64,000 bases of DNA from a virus (IMGVR_UViG_3300049846_001293:1683-65682), one strand, 5' to 3'; positions 35,235 through 45,732 are shown, counted from the stretch's first letter. The notes: generated by a model from the letters alone, not told the origin. Numbers and translations: made by a program.

Positions 35235-38162
35235 TTAGAATCTCGCCGTTGCGTTACCATTACCTTCATACCACAACATTTTGAAATATCCACGAATTTT
35301 CGTTCGCCATCCGGCGGGCGTGATGGCATCAGAGATTTCAGTAACTTGAAACACGCCGTGCTTTTCGAACACGAACGGAATCTTATCGACGAAGAAGCCA
35401 TCGGATATACTGATGCCCGCAATACCCTGAATTTCAACCGTGACCGACGTTGTCGTAGGGAACGGGGACATGAAACTATTGACCTGTTCCATGTTCGTAT
35501 ATGCGTCTTTGGTGATGGAATTGATCATCTTATTTCGTGATGTTGCAATCAAATTGACGATGCCATCACCGAACTTTGCCGATACTTCAGCACGGCGACG
35601 TTCTTCGGCCTGTTGGTCGGCATATGACGTTTGTTGGTCGGAGTTGGGAGTTCGAGCCAATGATGTTTCCGGCATCGATACGTTACCGTCGATGCTGGTA
35701 AGTTTTGGTAGTGCAGAATATCCCAATTGTTGAATGTGGCCAAGATCGTTGTACTCGTCCGGCAATAATTCCAGCAATGGCCATTCTGCCTGACGGGACC
35801 GTATCAGTTGTCGCATGTAAACATTTCCATCATACGGCTTATCTTTGTACACGTTCAGATCAACCGCCGCGCCACGAGTATGTGCTGAATCCGTGGTCCA
35901 GGTAACAATCTTGCCATCCCGTTCACGACCCTGTCCATACAGATACGTTTGTCGTTCTTGTGGTCGGAATGCTTCAACGACCTGTACAATGTACCCCTCG
36001 GACTGCAATATATCGACCACTGCTTTGATTTGTGCTCGAAAATCAGGTAATAGTTTGTTAAGATCGGTATCAGGCTTGTCTAACGGCAACGTTGCAATAG
36101 TAATGCTGTTTTTTGCGGATGGTGGATCGAGATGTACAAACGTTGATGCTGCCGGCGCTAATGACAGTCGAGACGTACCCAGTGCATCACCGGGTTGTCG
36201 ATCCACGCCGGTTTCAGTCAATTGTGGACCGATAGGGTTCACACCGGCAATACGAGCCGCGGTCGTTGGATTTGTACTATCCACCGGTTCAAACACTACG
36301 ATGCTATTTGTTGGTGGTGGCGTCAATCCGGTCTGATATGCACGAATAGCCGTTTGTAGATCGTCTACTAGGTTCGTCCAATTGAGCACAAACATATGTG
36401 CACTGGTCGTACCCAGCAACGGCATCGACTTGATCATTTTTTGTTGTTCCTCGGTACTACTCGCTTTGAATTTTGCCGTCAACATCATCTGTGTGATCAA
36501 CTCTGGTGGAAACGCACTATCGAATTCCACCGAGAGACATTCGCCGGCGCCACCAACATTGAACTTGTAGAATGAACGACCCCGTGCCTGATCCCCGAAT
36601 TTGTAATCGATGATCTTGTACCGAGCGTTTTCTTCGTCATAGAACAATTGTAACTGCCAATAGTTACCGACTGCATAGTTCATCTTGTTCAATAACGCCG
36701 TGATCGACTGTCGAAGATCCATGGAAGTCATGAAACTCTGCCGAATGGCGCCGGCCATAATCCACACGCCTTCGGTTAATTTGCCTTGGCGATTGGACGA
36801 GTAGTATCCGCCAAATTTACCCGTGAGTGGGAATTTAGGATCGGCTTCTATGAGATATGGCTCTACCCAATTAGTAATGAGCAACATGGTTTCCGGATCC
36901 GAGGATTTCAGTACCGGATGAAACCCCACATATTCACCATCATCCACATTGTAAAACTGCAGGAACTCTGTCAGTTGTGTTCGCACAAATGTGTCAGAGA
37001 TTACACTGATCATGTCTTGGAATAGATCTTGGAATAAGAATTTCCATGTAACATAGGTGTAATCCATTGGATTCTGTGTTACATCGTCGTCCGTGGTGGC
37101 AGTATTCGCTTCTCGACGGCGGGTCGAATTCAATCGCTTTTCAAAATCAGGATTAATGAAATGATGTACGTTTTGATTGCCATCTTTGACATGTCGTTGA
37201 ATAAACTGATCGAACATACCAGAGGTGAAATATTCTCGAATGCTGGTGATGCCCGGATTCTCAACCGTTTGATTGAAATGCGTGTTATCCAAACTAACAC
37301 CCCACATATTTTCGCCTTGTGAGACGATTGTAGTGGTGCACTTGTATATGTTGGTCGTTGGTTCGAAATCGATTTGGAAATTGCCAATCTGACCCACGAT
37401 GAAGTCGTAATTTCCGTGGTTGGGCTTATTGTAATTCTCAATAACGTACGCACGACCGGTTTGATCGGCCAGGCCCGGTATTCGACGTACGGCGCCCACG
37501 ACATGAAGCAATTCAGTTGATAATTGTTGATAGTTTGCAAAATCCAACGTTTTGGCCGGCCGTTCATCAGAGAACAGTTGACCGAATTCCAAAATCACAT
37601 GATTGCCAGGAATAAGGAAGTGAGTACGGAGAAATTCCAACTGTCCTCGGTTATAGCACTGCCACTGCACCTGTGCCGTGAGCGGTTCGCCCAATCCACG
37701 GCGGTTGACCGTGACATTGGTGATACCCGGTGCCGGATGTGGTACATGAGGAATGGTACGACGGGCTTCCGCCAGTCGAGTATCTCCACGTTCTCGTATC
37801 AATGACGGATCGGATTGTGCAAACGTGCCATAGTCCACAGAAATCATATCGCTGGTAATGATCTTCTTGGCATTTCGATTGTTTGCGTCCGGCGTATCCA
37901 AATCATATGCCGTGCCAATCACACCCTTGTTCAGACCACCATACGTCAAATCAAAGATGTTCGCCGACCGATTGTCAAACCCATGTAAACCCAATGACAG
38001 ATGTCGGTATCGCAGCCCCGACGTAGCATCGACCATCGTCGAGGTTAATCGAACGAATGGCGTGATGGTCGAAGTGGGATACGTTGACTTACGACGTCTG
38101 AGTTCGTCATATACGAATGGACGAAATTCATTGAATTGTGGATATGGTGCGCGAGAGGACAT
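35235..38162 (-). CDS. Baseplate hub-like protein with an internal M15 peptidase domain
   Basis: PGIT.V.V..., C-terminal GIAGI...F...IP...GVFQVTEI......W.T; internal EAFR..ERQ..LY.QGR...SAH..G.AVD...DLGHIQ. Confidence 0.7.
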   Translation of the reverse strand: MSSRAPYPQFNEFRPFVYDELRRRKSTYPTSTITPFVRLTSTMVDATSGLRYRHLSLGLHGFDNRSANIFDLTYGGLNKGVIGTAYDLDTPDANNRNAKKIITSDMISVDYGTFAQSDPSLIRERGDTRLAEARRTIPHVPHPAPGITNVTVNRRGLGEPLTAQVQWQCYNRGQLEFLRTHFLIPGNHVILEFGQLFSDERPAKTLDFANYQQLSTELLHVVGAVRRIPGLADQTGRAYVIENYNKPNHGNYDFIVGQIGNFQIDFEPTTNIYKCTTTIVSQGENMWGVSLDNTHFNQTVENPGITSIREYFTSGMFDQFIQRHVKDGNQNVHHFINPDFEKRLNSTRRREANTATTDDDVTQNPMDYTYVTWKFLFQDLFQDMISVISDTFVRTQLTEFLQFYNVDDGEYVGFHPVLKSSDPETMLLITNWVEPYLIEADPKFPLTGKFGGYYSSNRQGKLTEGVWIMAGAIRQSFMTSMDLRQSITALLNKMNYAVGNYWQLQLFYDEENARYKIIDYKFGDQARGRSFYKFNVGGAGECLSVEFDSAFPPELITQMMLTAKFKASSTEEQQKMIKSMPLLGTTSAHMFVLNWTNLVDDLQTAIRAYQTGLTPPPTNSIVVFEPVDSTNPTTAARIAGVNPIGPQLTETGVDRQPGDALGTSRLSLAPAASTFVHLDPPSAKNSITIATLPLDKPDTDLNKLLPDFRAQIKAVVDILQSEGYIVQVVEAFRPQERQTYLYGQGRERDGKIVTWTTDSAHTRGAAVDLNVYKDKPYDGNVYMRQLIRSRQAEWPLLELLPDEYNDLGHIQQLGYSALPKLTSIDGNVSMPETSLARTPNSDQQTSYADQQAEERRRAEVSAKFGDGIVNLIATSRNKMINSITKDAYTNMEQVNSFMSPFPTTTSVTVEIQGIAGISISDGFFVDKIPFVFEKHGVFQVTEISDAITPAGWRTKIRGYFKMLWYEGNGNATARF

Positions 38163-38169
38163 GCGGGAG

Positions 38170-38430
38170 TTATTCCGTTGGGATGATTAGATCCGTGCCA
38201 GGAGTGATGTGCAAACTACCGTCAACTTTACCGTTGACCGCGGCAATCTTCCACCAATCCTTTGCAGATCCATATACACGATTGGCGATGATGTCAAATC
38301 GATCACGTTCACCAGCAGACACCACCACATCAGCGGTTGTAGGCTTTATCACCGTGGGGCGGCACGTTTGGTTCACACGTGCACCGTCGAATCGAGTCGT
38401 TTGTTGTAAAGGCTTATCGTATCGTTCCAT
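38170..38430 (-). CDS. LysM/tail-X-like baseplate wedge protein
   Basis: DRFDIIA..VYG....WWKIAAVN...PGT.L.IP. Confidence 0.8.
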   Translation of the reverse strand: MERYDKPLQQTTRFDGARVNQTCRPTVIKPTTADVVVSAGERDRFDIIANRVYGSAKDWWKIAAVNGKVDGSLHITPGTDLIIPTE

Positions 38431-38433
38431 AGA

Positions 38434-40518
38434 TTATTCTGGTAGTATTGTTACGGTAGGCAACATAGGTGGTTCCACTACAGGTTTGATGAGATCCCAT
38501 GCACCTTTGACAGGATAGAACTCGGATCCGGCGGCCTGATGCGACTTTTCGATGATGCTGAAGTTACATGAGACGGTAACGCCTCGCGGCACTTGTTCGC
38601 CCGGTTCAATTTCCCAATCGTCATCTTCCCATTCATACGATAGACTCTTGATGTAACCAGGTTGATCCTTGTACAGATTACCAATGGTCAATTTGGTCAG
38701 TGGCGGGACCATGAATCCGTCCACGTATTTCGACGGATAGGTCATGCCAGTCAAGTAATTGATTTTCGCCCATACGTTGGTCAATTCATCACGACTGAAG
38801 GCTTGTATTCGGAATTTGAACGACACCTCTCGAATCACTCCTGTGAATACGATATTTCGTTCGATACGACCGATGTATGGTTGTTCCGCGAAGTTTGGAC
38901 TGACCGATTCGTTCATATCCGATAGGAACGCACGGAACGGCAAGATCTTCTTGTTGACGAAATCGTAGAACATGAAATCGATCAAATTGCTGGTTTCATC
39001 TCGAATGGATTTGACATTTGCCGGTGTAACAGATACGCCATCTTTGTTGTCGAAGATTGGATTGATTCGATTCATGGTGTCAACATATCGTGCGCCGGCC
39101 GTCGGCGGTACTTTTGACGCTCCCACTCGAACTCCGGCCGTATTACCCAATAATTTACGACCATCCAGTGACGTCAACGTCTTTTTCCATTCCGTGGTCT
39201 GTGTTTCCAGCGGCGCTTCTGCACCCATCGATTTCATTTGTGCTTCATATCGTGATTGAATCGACAAATCTGGATACACCATTCGACCACGACCCAGATC
39301 ATCTTGATCGTTCGATAGTGGACCCAATACTTCCGGAGTAATCGGCAGGAACTTTGAACTTGTTGCGTTTGCGCCAAAGAGGAACGTTCCGACCGTACGC
39401 AGCTTCTTGAGAAAATTGCCTGTGGTCTGTAGTTCTCGGCTGTTTCGCGTTCGGATGGATTGTTCGGTTTTCTTTACCTTTGCGTTAGCGGCCTTAAGTT
39501 CGGCCTGTGCGGCGGATTCCACCGTAGAAGTGGATCGATGTTGTGCACGTGGACGTTGATTCAAGAATCCCAATTGTGCCATTGGTACGACTTGAGTTTG
39601 TCCTGCAACACCGGTACTACGACTTTCGAACTGGACCGATCCATACAGATATCGATCCGCTTCCGTTTGACTGGTAAGGAAGTATCGATAGCCTGCCAAT
39701 CCGCTGTTGTTGCTGTCGCTGCGGTCCGGCTTCGTGAATGAGGCAAGGTCCAATCCCGTACGACCTCGTAATACATCTTTGGCACCATTGACCACCGTAC
39801 GTACCGCAGCTTTAGGATCACCACGACGAAGTTGTGAGGATGCCACTGTCAATGGATTTGCAATCGGTCCCTGACTGCGAAACCCACGCCACGTTGCAAC
39901 GGAGAAGAAATTGCCGTTGAAATCGATTTCTGGTCGGTCGTTGATGCCGACGATGTTGTTGACCCCACGGACTGCGTTACGAACGGCCGAGACGGCACGT
40001 ACGACTTTGTTGTTCGGGAACAACAGATTCAGCAATCCGACCTGTCCCTTTGAACCGACCCGATCGGCGATCACCTTCTCCTTCGTCTCTTTCTGTAAAC
40101 GACCCGCCGATCCAATACGGGCATCAGATCCGGGACTTACGTCATTACCGGAGAGTTGAATACCATTGGCACTATTGACCGGTCGTTTGAAATGCCGAAA
40201 TGGTACAATACCACTGGTCAAAAACAGTGGATTGAACAGTCGAGTCTCCGCGAACACGTTGCCAGTTTGTAGTTCGGCTTGACGCGTGAGGAACACCATA
40301 CCGGTCGAACTTTTCAAGTATTTCGCTAGGCGAGTTCCTTCACGACGCATCGTGCCTGGAAACACTGCTTGGGAATCATACAGAGTTTCGGACCGATTCG
40401 GTGAGTTGGGTTGGAACGTCATCAATGGATGTGTGTCACCCGGCTCCGGCAATGGATACCGACTATACAAATCTTTGTAGTGTTGTTCGAATCGTTCGGA
40501 TAATCCAGAAAATGGCAT
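38434..40518 (-). CDS. Baseplate / tail-tube initiator-like protein
   Basis: C-terminal FRAFL....ES......YIGR...R.VSF.F...KINYL....YP...P...LTIGNLY...PGYI.SL...WEI. Confidence 0.6.
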   Translation of the reverse strand: MPFSGLSERFEQHYKDLYSRYPLPEPGDTHPLMTFQPNSPNRSETLYDSQAVFPGTMRREGTRLAKYLKSSTGMVFLTRQAELQTGNVFAETRLFNPLFLTSGIVPFRHFKRPVNSANGIQLSGNDVSPGSDARIGSAGRLQKETKEKVIADRVGSKGQVGLLNLLFPNNKVVRAVSAVRNAVRGVNNIVGINDRPEIDFNGNFFSVATWRGFRSQGPIANPLTVASSQLRRGDPKAAVRTVVNGAKDVLRGRTGLDLASFTKPDRSDSNNSGLAGYRYFLTSQTEADRYLYGSVQFESRSTGVAGQTQVVPMAQLGFLNQRPRAQHRSTSTVESAAQAELKAANAKVKKTEQSIRTRNSRELQTTGNFLKKLRTVGTFLFGANATSSKFLPITPEVLGPLSNDQDDLGRGRMVYPDLSIQSRYEAQMKSMGAEAPLETQTTEWKKTLTSLDGRKLLGNTAGVRVGASKVPPTAGARYVDTMNRINPIFDNKDGVSVTPANVKSIRDETSNLIDFMFYDFVNKKILPFRAFLSDMNESVSPNFAEQPYIGRIERNIVFTGVIREVSFKFRIQAFSRDELTNVWAKINYLTGMTYPSKYVDGFMVPPLTKLTIGNLYKDQPGYIKSLSYEWEDDDWEIEPGEQVPRGVTVSCNFSIIEKSHQAAGSEFYPVKGAWDLIKPVVEPPMLPTVTILPE

Positions 40519-42287
40519 TAGACCATACCGTTGACAGTGTTATATCGATTGGCCGTCATCAAACCACGGGAGACGCGGGTGCCATCCAAGTACGTAGTGG
40601 CCTGAATTGGCTTACGATGTAAGTCCGTAACCGCCTTGGTCAATTGTTCCGTTGACCGCTGTTGTTCCTGCATTACTTGATTTGATCGATATTGATGTTG
40701 TGTGACCGAACGAGACAGTCCTCCATCATTCATCGAACTCTTTGTAAACGCACTAATACCTTGTACGAGGCCCACCAATCCGCCCAACGCGCCGCCGATT
40801 GCCGTGCCGGCCGGGCCAAAAATTGATCCAATCGATGCGCCGGTGCCGGCCAGACCCAATGCACTGGTGATGGCGCCGGTTTTCTCGTATCCCGCATCGG
40901 AGAGCGCACCACCAGCAATCGTGGTAAGTCCACCCAACGTCGCGCCGGCGACTCCACGACCAACGGACTGTTTGGTTACACTACCTAGTGCAGATTGAAT
41001 GGCGGCTTCCAATCCACCGCCTTTACCACCCAACAATCCACCCCGCGTAGCCATCAATCGAGCCGGGTTACCACCACCACCACCAAGAATTGATTTGAAG
41101 ATGTTACCACCTAAAGCCGTCATTGCACCAAGACCAAGGCCTGCGGCCACCAACATCAATAGATTCACAACACGATCCATTTTCTTATCGATGGATTGTA
41201 CGTGATCTGGAATTTTATCGGCTTGCACTGGTTCGATCGTGTGTAACAGGTTCGTGATCTGTTCTTGGGACATACCCAATGAACTGGAAATCATGTTACG
41301 AATGGATCGTGGCAATTCACCCAAGTCTCGAAGACCCGCACCCTGTAACGCCGATTGCAAGGATTCGGCAACTTGTTGTTCAGTTCCGAATTGTGATGCG
41401 TAGAGCACTTGTGACATGTCCAATCCAGGCATTATAGTCTGGAGTCGGGCGGTCATCATGAGGGAATCTTCAAAATTACCCGTAAGTTTATCGGCGAAGC
41501 CGGACATTTCCTTCATCGTTACACCCATGCGGGTCAACGCGATGGATTGACGGAAGAAGGATTCGGCACCCTTTGCACCGTATCGGGCAACGATTTCACT
41601 GTTCTTCGCCATGTCCTGTAACAGTGTGCCCACCGGAACGCCGGCCGCATCACCCAAGGTCTTTGCAATGTCGAACGTATTACGTACAATCGCTTCACTG
41701 CCATCAGACCAGCGATACATCATCGAGGTGACTTTGCCACTTGTCTCGAACGAGATGCCATACAACGAATTGAGCGTGGCCATATCTTGCACCATGCCCT
41801 TGGTCACCATATGAGTGCCACCCAACGAACCAATCAAATTCTGATTGATCTTGACCATATCGGTCATGCTGATCGGAACGCCCCGAAGTGTTGACGATAT
41901 AGCTTCAACAATACTACGACCAGCTAATGCCGCACTATTGAATGGGTCGAATCCACTGTTTTTCGCAGTACGTAATGCATTAGCGAAGTCTGCAGCAATG
42001 TACGCACCAATACTACGGAACGTGTTCGCTAAGAACACGGCCAACTTGGAGATTTTTTGTACTGGCGGTGCAGCGGCGCCGGCCGCCGGGGCGATACCAC
42101 CGGTGTTTGCGGCGATCTGGGCGGTGAGGCCCGCCATGATTTGGAATTGTTGATTTAGCTTTGCTGCACGATTGACTGCTCGTGCTAAATTCAATTGAAT
42201 TTGCTGCGTATTCGTTGCGGTCGTTGCCGTGTTCGTGGCAATGGCCTTTGTCAATTGATTGAGCATATTGGCAATCGTTGGATCCAT
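40518..42287 (-). CDS. Tape measure protein
   Basis: Helical Ala/Gly-rich protein with GASIGSIFGPAGTAIGGALGG and a C-terminal YLDG; follows the chaperone genes. Confidence 0.7.
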   Translation of the reverse strand: MDPTIANMLNQLTKAIATNTATTATNTQQIQLNLARAVNRAAKLNQQFQIMAGLTAQIAANTGGIAPAAGAAAPPVQKISKLAVFLANTFRSIGAYIAADFANALRTAKNSGFDPFNSAALAGRSIVEAISSTLRGVPISMTDMVKINQNLIGSLGGTHMVTKGMVQDMATLNSLYGISFETSGKVTSMMYRWSDGSEAIVRNTFDIAKTLGDAAGVPVGTLLQDMAKNSEIVARYGAKGAESFFRQSIALTRMGVTMKEMSGFADKLTGNFEDSLMMTARLQTIMPGLDMSQVLYASQFGTEQQVAESLQSALQGAGLRDLGELPRSIRNMISSSLGMSQEQITNLLHTIEPVQADKIPDHVQSIDKKMDRVVNLLMLVAAGLGLGAMTALGGNIFKSILGGGGGNPARLMATRGGLLGGKGGGLEAAIQSALGSVTKQSVGRGVAGATLGGLTTIAGGALSDAGYEKTGAITSALGLAGTGASIGSIFGPAGTAIGGALGGLVGLVQGISAFTKSSMNDGGLSRSVTQHQYRSNQVMQEQQRSTEQLTKAVTDLHRKPIQATTYLDGTRVSRGLMTANRYNTVNGMV

Positions 42288-42290
42288 CGC

Positions 42291-42497
42291 TTATCTCGTA
42301 ATGGGTGGCTTCCGTTTCTGCTTCCCGTCTCCGGCGCCACTTTCTAGTTTCAGTGCTTTGGCTAACAGTTCCATGTAATACGTACGAAGATGAATGGGTA
42401 AATTGTACACCTGGTCCCAAGTCCATCCACCCTTACCATACGTAACCATATTGAAAATATTCGCGTGTAACTCTACCTTATACTTTGGCGTTAGGCC
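42291..42497 (-). CDS. Tail assembly chaperone extension (gpGT-like), probably reached by frameshift
   Basis: Open frame GLTPKY...GGWTWDQVYNLPIHLR overlapping the upstream ORF at a T7 run. Confidence 0.6.
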   Translation of the reverse strand, partial: GLTPKYKVELHANIFNMVTYGKGGWTWDQVYNLPIHLRTYYMELLAKALKLESGAGDGKQKRKPPITR

Positions 42498-43245
42498 AAA
42501 AAAAGGTGACGTCAATCGGCACCTCCATGCGTTGGGACGCACCGCAAGAGGTACACGTAAAATCAAAGTTGAGGTCTATATTGGGATTGATTTTGTTGGC
42601 ATACTCTCGGAATGCCATAGCATCACGGGCCGGCATTGCATCAACGAACTCTCGAATAAACTTTGGATCTCGGTTGCCATCCACAGCAAGAATAGACTTT
42701 CGAATACGAGTGGTGACTTCTGCGGTGGCGCCATCACGAATCAACTTTCGCATGGCCGCAATTTCCGTATTCACCGATTTCTCATCACCATGTGTCAATA
42801 GCTTGAACGTAATGGTCTTCTTCATGATAGGTAGGAAGAAATCGAATTCGTTCTTACCCTTACTTGCGGGGTCAAACGCAATGTCCTTTTCTGCCAACAG
42901 TTCCAGATTGACGGAAGTGACATTGTGTTCACCACACTTCGGACAGTCGATGCCCACCTGATAGTCCTTACCATACCCCAAAATGCGAGCGGCAATCAAC
43001 AGACCGTTCTTATCACCCAACAACAGGTCATCGTATCGAACCGATGGCGTCGCAATCAACGCTTCCATCAATTTATCCAACACCACACCCTTTTGAATCA
43101 GGTTGGTACTGGTGAGAATGTCTTCATGTTTCGCTGTCATGTAGAACAGATCAATCTGTCCACTCGTCAACGGATGTCCATCTGGATAGAACCACCCCTT
43201 ACTAGGCAAATCGACCCGTTCGGATGGATATTGTACTTCGCTCAT
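42478..43245 (-). CDS. Tail assembly chaperone / gp26-like baseplate hub assembly protein
   Basis: LPSKG..Y, MTAKHEDIL, GD...LLIAARILGYG, CPKC, CTSC, FFWP. Confidence 0.8.
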   Translation of the reverse strand: MSEVQYPSERVDLPSKGWFYPDGHPLTSGQIDLFYMTAKHEDILTSTNLIQKGVVLDKLMEALIATPSVRYDDLLLGDKNGLLIAARILGYGKDYQVGIDCPKCGEHNVTSVNLELLAEKDIAFDPASKGKNEFDFFLPIMKKTITFKLLTHGDEKSVNTEIAAMRKLIRDGATAEVTTRIRKSILAVDGNRDPKFIREFVDAMPARDAMAFREYANKINPNIDLNFDFTCTSCGASQRMEVPIDVTFFWPNAKV

Positions 43246-43288
43246 ATGTAACTCCTTTGGTTGGTACTGTCTATAAATAGACCCCGAC

Positions 43289-45193
43289 TCAGACTTCTAA
43301 CTCAGGAATCTCCTCGTCCACCGCAGCAATATCGACCTTTTTCAGGTCTTCCAAATACCCCTTTTTCAATGCGGATACGAATTCTTTGAAGAAACTCTTA
43401 TTCTGTGGACCGGTAATGAGGCCACCGTCCACGATTTGATCGATGACTTTCTGTTTCTCGGTCAAGATATTGCCCATATACTCGTCAAGCGTGTTAACGC
43501 AGGTGAAGTAGTAACAGGACACTTGTTTGGTCTGGCCGGTACGAAATAACCGATCTTCGGCCTGTTCATGTGTTGAAGGTACCCACCACCGATCCAAAAA
43601 GATCACAGTATCAATGCTATGTTGCAATCCATCGATACCCATAGCGCCTGCGCCTACGCTGAAGAGGCCGACCTTGGCCTCACCTGACCGTAACGCATCG
43701 ATGCTCTTCTGTCGTTCAGACATGGTCATCTGTCCATGCAACACTACAGCTTTGTCCCCATAATGTGCGGCAAGCTTTTCCAATGGTGCAATGAAACAAC
43801 TGTAGATGAGGATCGGCCGATCATTGTCCAGATACTCATCCACCATCTCAATAGCCCGGGGCATCTTCTTCTCAATCAGATATTGTTGGATGGCCGGCAT
43901 TTCTCCAATAGTCGGCTTTCCTGTGGCACCCCATCGTTTGAACAACTTCGTCAACAACGTGTTGTATTCCTTCATCTCCGCATCGGACAATTCTACATAC
44001 AGATCATTTCGTTGTTTTGCGGGCAGTTCCGTAAGAATGTTCTTCTTCAAGCGGCGAATGACCAAATCCTTGACGCGGTGATGCAGATCTTCCAAGTTCC
44101 GAGGCTCCGATCCCTTCCATCCACCGTATTTCTGTGTGAACTGATAGAAATTGTTGAATCGGTCCTTGTCCAAGAAATTCAACAAGGCAAACGCTTCGAC
44201 GGGTCGATTCATCACCGGCGTGCCCGTCAGAAAGATCACATGCTTGGTTTTGATGCCCGGGTACAATTTCCGTTGTTTCCAGTCTCCGAGAATCGCTTTG
44301 GCACGTTTGGTTTGTCGGTTCTTCAACATGGTCGCTTCGTCACAGACCAATAGGTCAAATTCCGCCTTCCGCAGTTCGGCCGCACGCCGTTCCACGATGT
44401 CATAGTTGATGAGGTGGTATTGGGCGTCGATCCGGCCCGCCTTGGCGTCCGTAGACCAAATAGTGGCTTTCTTGCCAGTGAACCGCTCGATCTCACGTTG
44501 CCAATGGATGATAACCGATTTGGGCGCAATGACGAGGGTCTTTAGGCTGTTGTGAGCGGCGTATGCGATGGCCGTGGCGGTTTTACCCAAGCCGGGCTGG
44601 TCAGCATCCATGCCCCGACCCCCGGCACGCATGAGAAAGTCCACGGCGACTTTCTGGTACGGAAATAAGTCCAATTTAATGTTATTGATTTGGATATCGG
44701 AGTCATCCTGTACCCGAATCTCGTCCAAATCCTTCCGACGCGCGATTTCTGCACGATACAAGGCCTTAACCTTGTCATCAGCGGTGATATTCTTGACGCC
44801 ACCGAATAATTCCACCATTTTGAGCAATTGGGGACCTGGAACTACCCAACATTTCTCGTCGGCATCCCACTTTCGACCATCAATTTCGAACTTGAATCGT
44901 TCGAGAAGGTCTTTATCATACGCAAATGTCACCCGAACCGTATTTTTTGGTCCGGATGACATTTCTACTTCCAATTTTCGGAAATCGTGTTTGGCCTGGC
45001 GTGGCAAATGCAAATCTTCCACCGATTCGTTGCGCAGAACGCGACGGGCAGCGATGGGCCAGTTACCTGGCATCTTATCGTTGGATGATAACCATTCGAT
45101 GTAACTCGGATCGGAATCGTAAACGAATCCTAATGATTTACCGTTATGTTTTCCAAATCGGAATAGGACGTTATAGGCAGATGGATGGGCCAC
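43289..45193 (-). CDS. SNF2-family (HARP/SMARCAL1-like) helicase
   Basis: FGKH.G N-terminal domain, LFPYQ, DQPGLGKT, DEAT, LTGTP..NRP.E, RRLK, QAEDR..R.GQ. Confidence 0.9.
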   Translation of the reverse strand: MAHPSAYNVLFRFGKHNGKSLGFVYDSDPSYIEWLSSNDKMPGNWPIAARRVLRNESVEDLHLPRQAKHDFRKLEVEMSSGPKNTVRVTFAYDKDLLERFKFEIDGRKWDADEKCWVVPGPQLLKMVELFGGVKNITADDKVKALYRAEIARRKDLDEIRVQDDSDIQINNIKLDLFPYQKVAVDFLMRAGGRGMDADQPGLGKTATAIAYAAHNSLKTLVIAPKSVIIHWQREIERFTGKKATIWSTDAKAGRIDAQYHLINYDIVERRAAELRKAEFDLLVCDEATMLKNRQTKRAKAILGDWKQRKLYPGIKTKHVIFLTGTPVMNRPVEAFALLNFLDKDRFNNFYQFTQKYGGWKGSEPRNLEDLHHRVKDLVIRRLKKNILTELPAKQRNDLYVELSDAEMKEYNTLLTKLFKRWGATGKPTIGEMPAIQQYLIEKKMPRAIEMVDEYLDNDRPILIYSCFIAPLEKLAAHYGDKAVVLHGQMTMSERQKSIDALRSGEAKVGLFSVGAGAMGIDGLQHSIDTVIFLDRWWVPSTHEQAEDRLFRTGQTKQVSCYYFTCVNTLDEYMGNILTEKQKVIDQIVDGGLITGPQNKSFFKEFVSALKKGYLEDLKKVDIAAVDEEIPELEV

Positions 45194-45221
45194 TATTTCA
45201 CTTTCGGCAGTTGTTAACTAG

Positions 45222-45250
45222 AATATAGTCAGGGATTCAAATTCTGTCAA
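45222..45250 (-). promoter_or_regulatory. Sigma70-like promoter for the SNF2 gene
   Basis: TTGACA-17 nt-TATATT. Confidence 0.75.
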
Positions 45251-45726
45251 GCGCGTTCGTACGGCGGTTCCGTTGGCCATATTATATTGTACGGATCGGG
45301 TTGATTAGTGACGTCTCGTAATTTTTGACGATATGCTTGAAAATTGGCCCGACAGGCCGAAGATATGGGCACAGATAAAAATTCAGTATAATCAGACGCT
45401 GCTAATAATTGATTCCGTCGTTCTCTTACACTGCGCCATTTTTCCAATCGATTTTCTTCGGCCAGTTGATTGAGTTCTTCGGCTGATATTGAAATAGGTA
45501 CTACGGACCATCGTTCAACCCATTGATTATCTTCGTATACGGCACCAAGGTATTCCAATTGTTCCAACGCACCTACGCTCGGCGGTGCAGTAGGACGTAC
45601 CGGATCTACATTCAAAAAATCATACGTTGATGTATCCCAATTGATCGGTAACGAAATATTTGCATACCGATCACGAAGTTCGAACAACTCATACAACTGA
45701 CCAGTAGTTCTATCTCTATATTTCAT
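45247..45726 (-). CDS. Tail fibre assembly chaperone
   Basis: WRSVRERRNQLLAASDYT...YRQKLRDVT.Q......WP. Confidence 0.85.
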   Translation of the reverse strand: MKYRDRTTGQLYELFELRDRYANISLPINWDTSTYDFLNVDPVRPTAPPSVGALEQLEYLGAVYEDNQWVERWSVVPISISAEELNQLAEENRLEKWRSVRERRNQLLAASDYTEFLSVPISSACRANFQAYRQKLRDVTNQPDPYNIIWPTEPPYERA

Positions 45727-45732
45727 GAGTTA

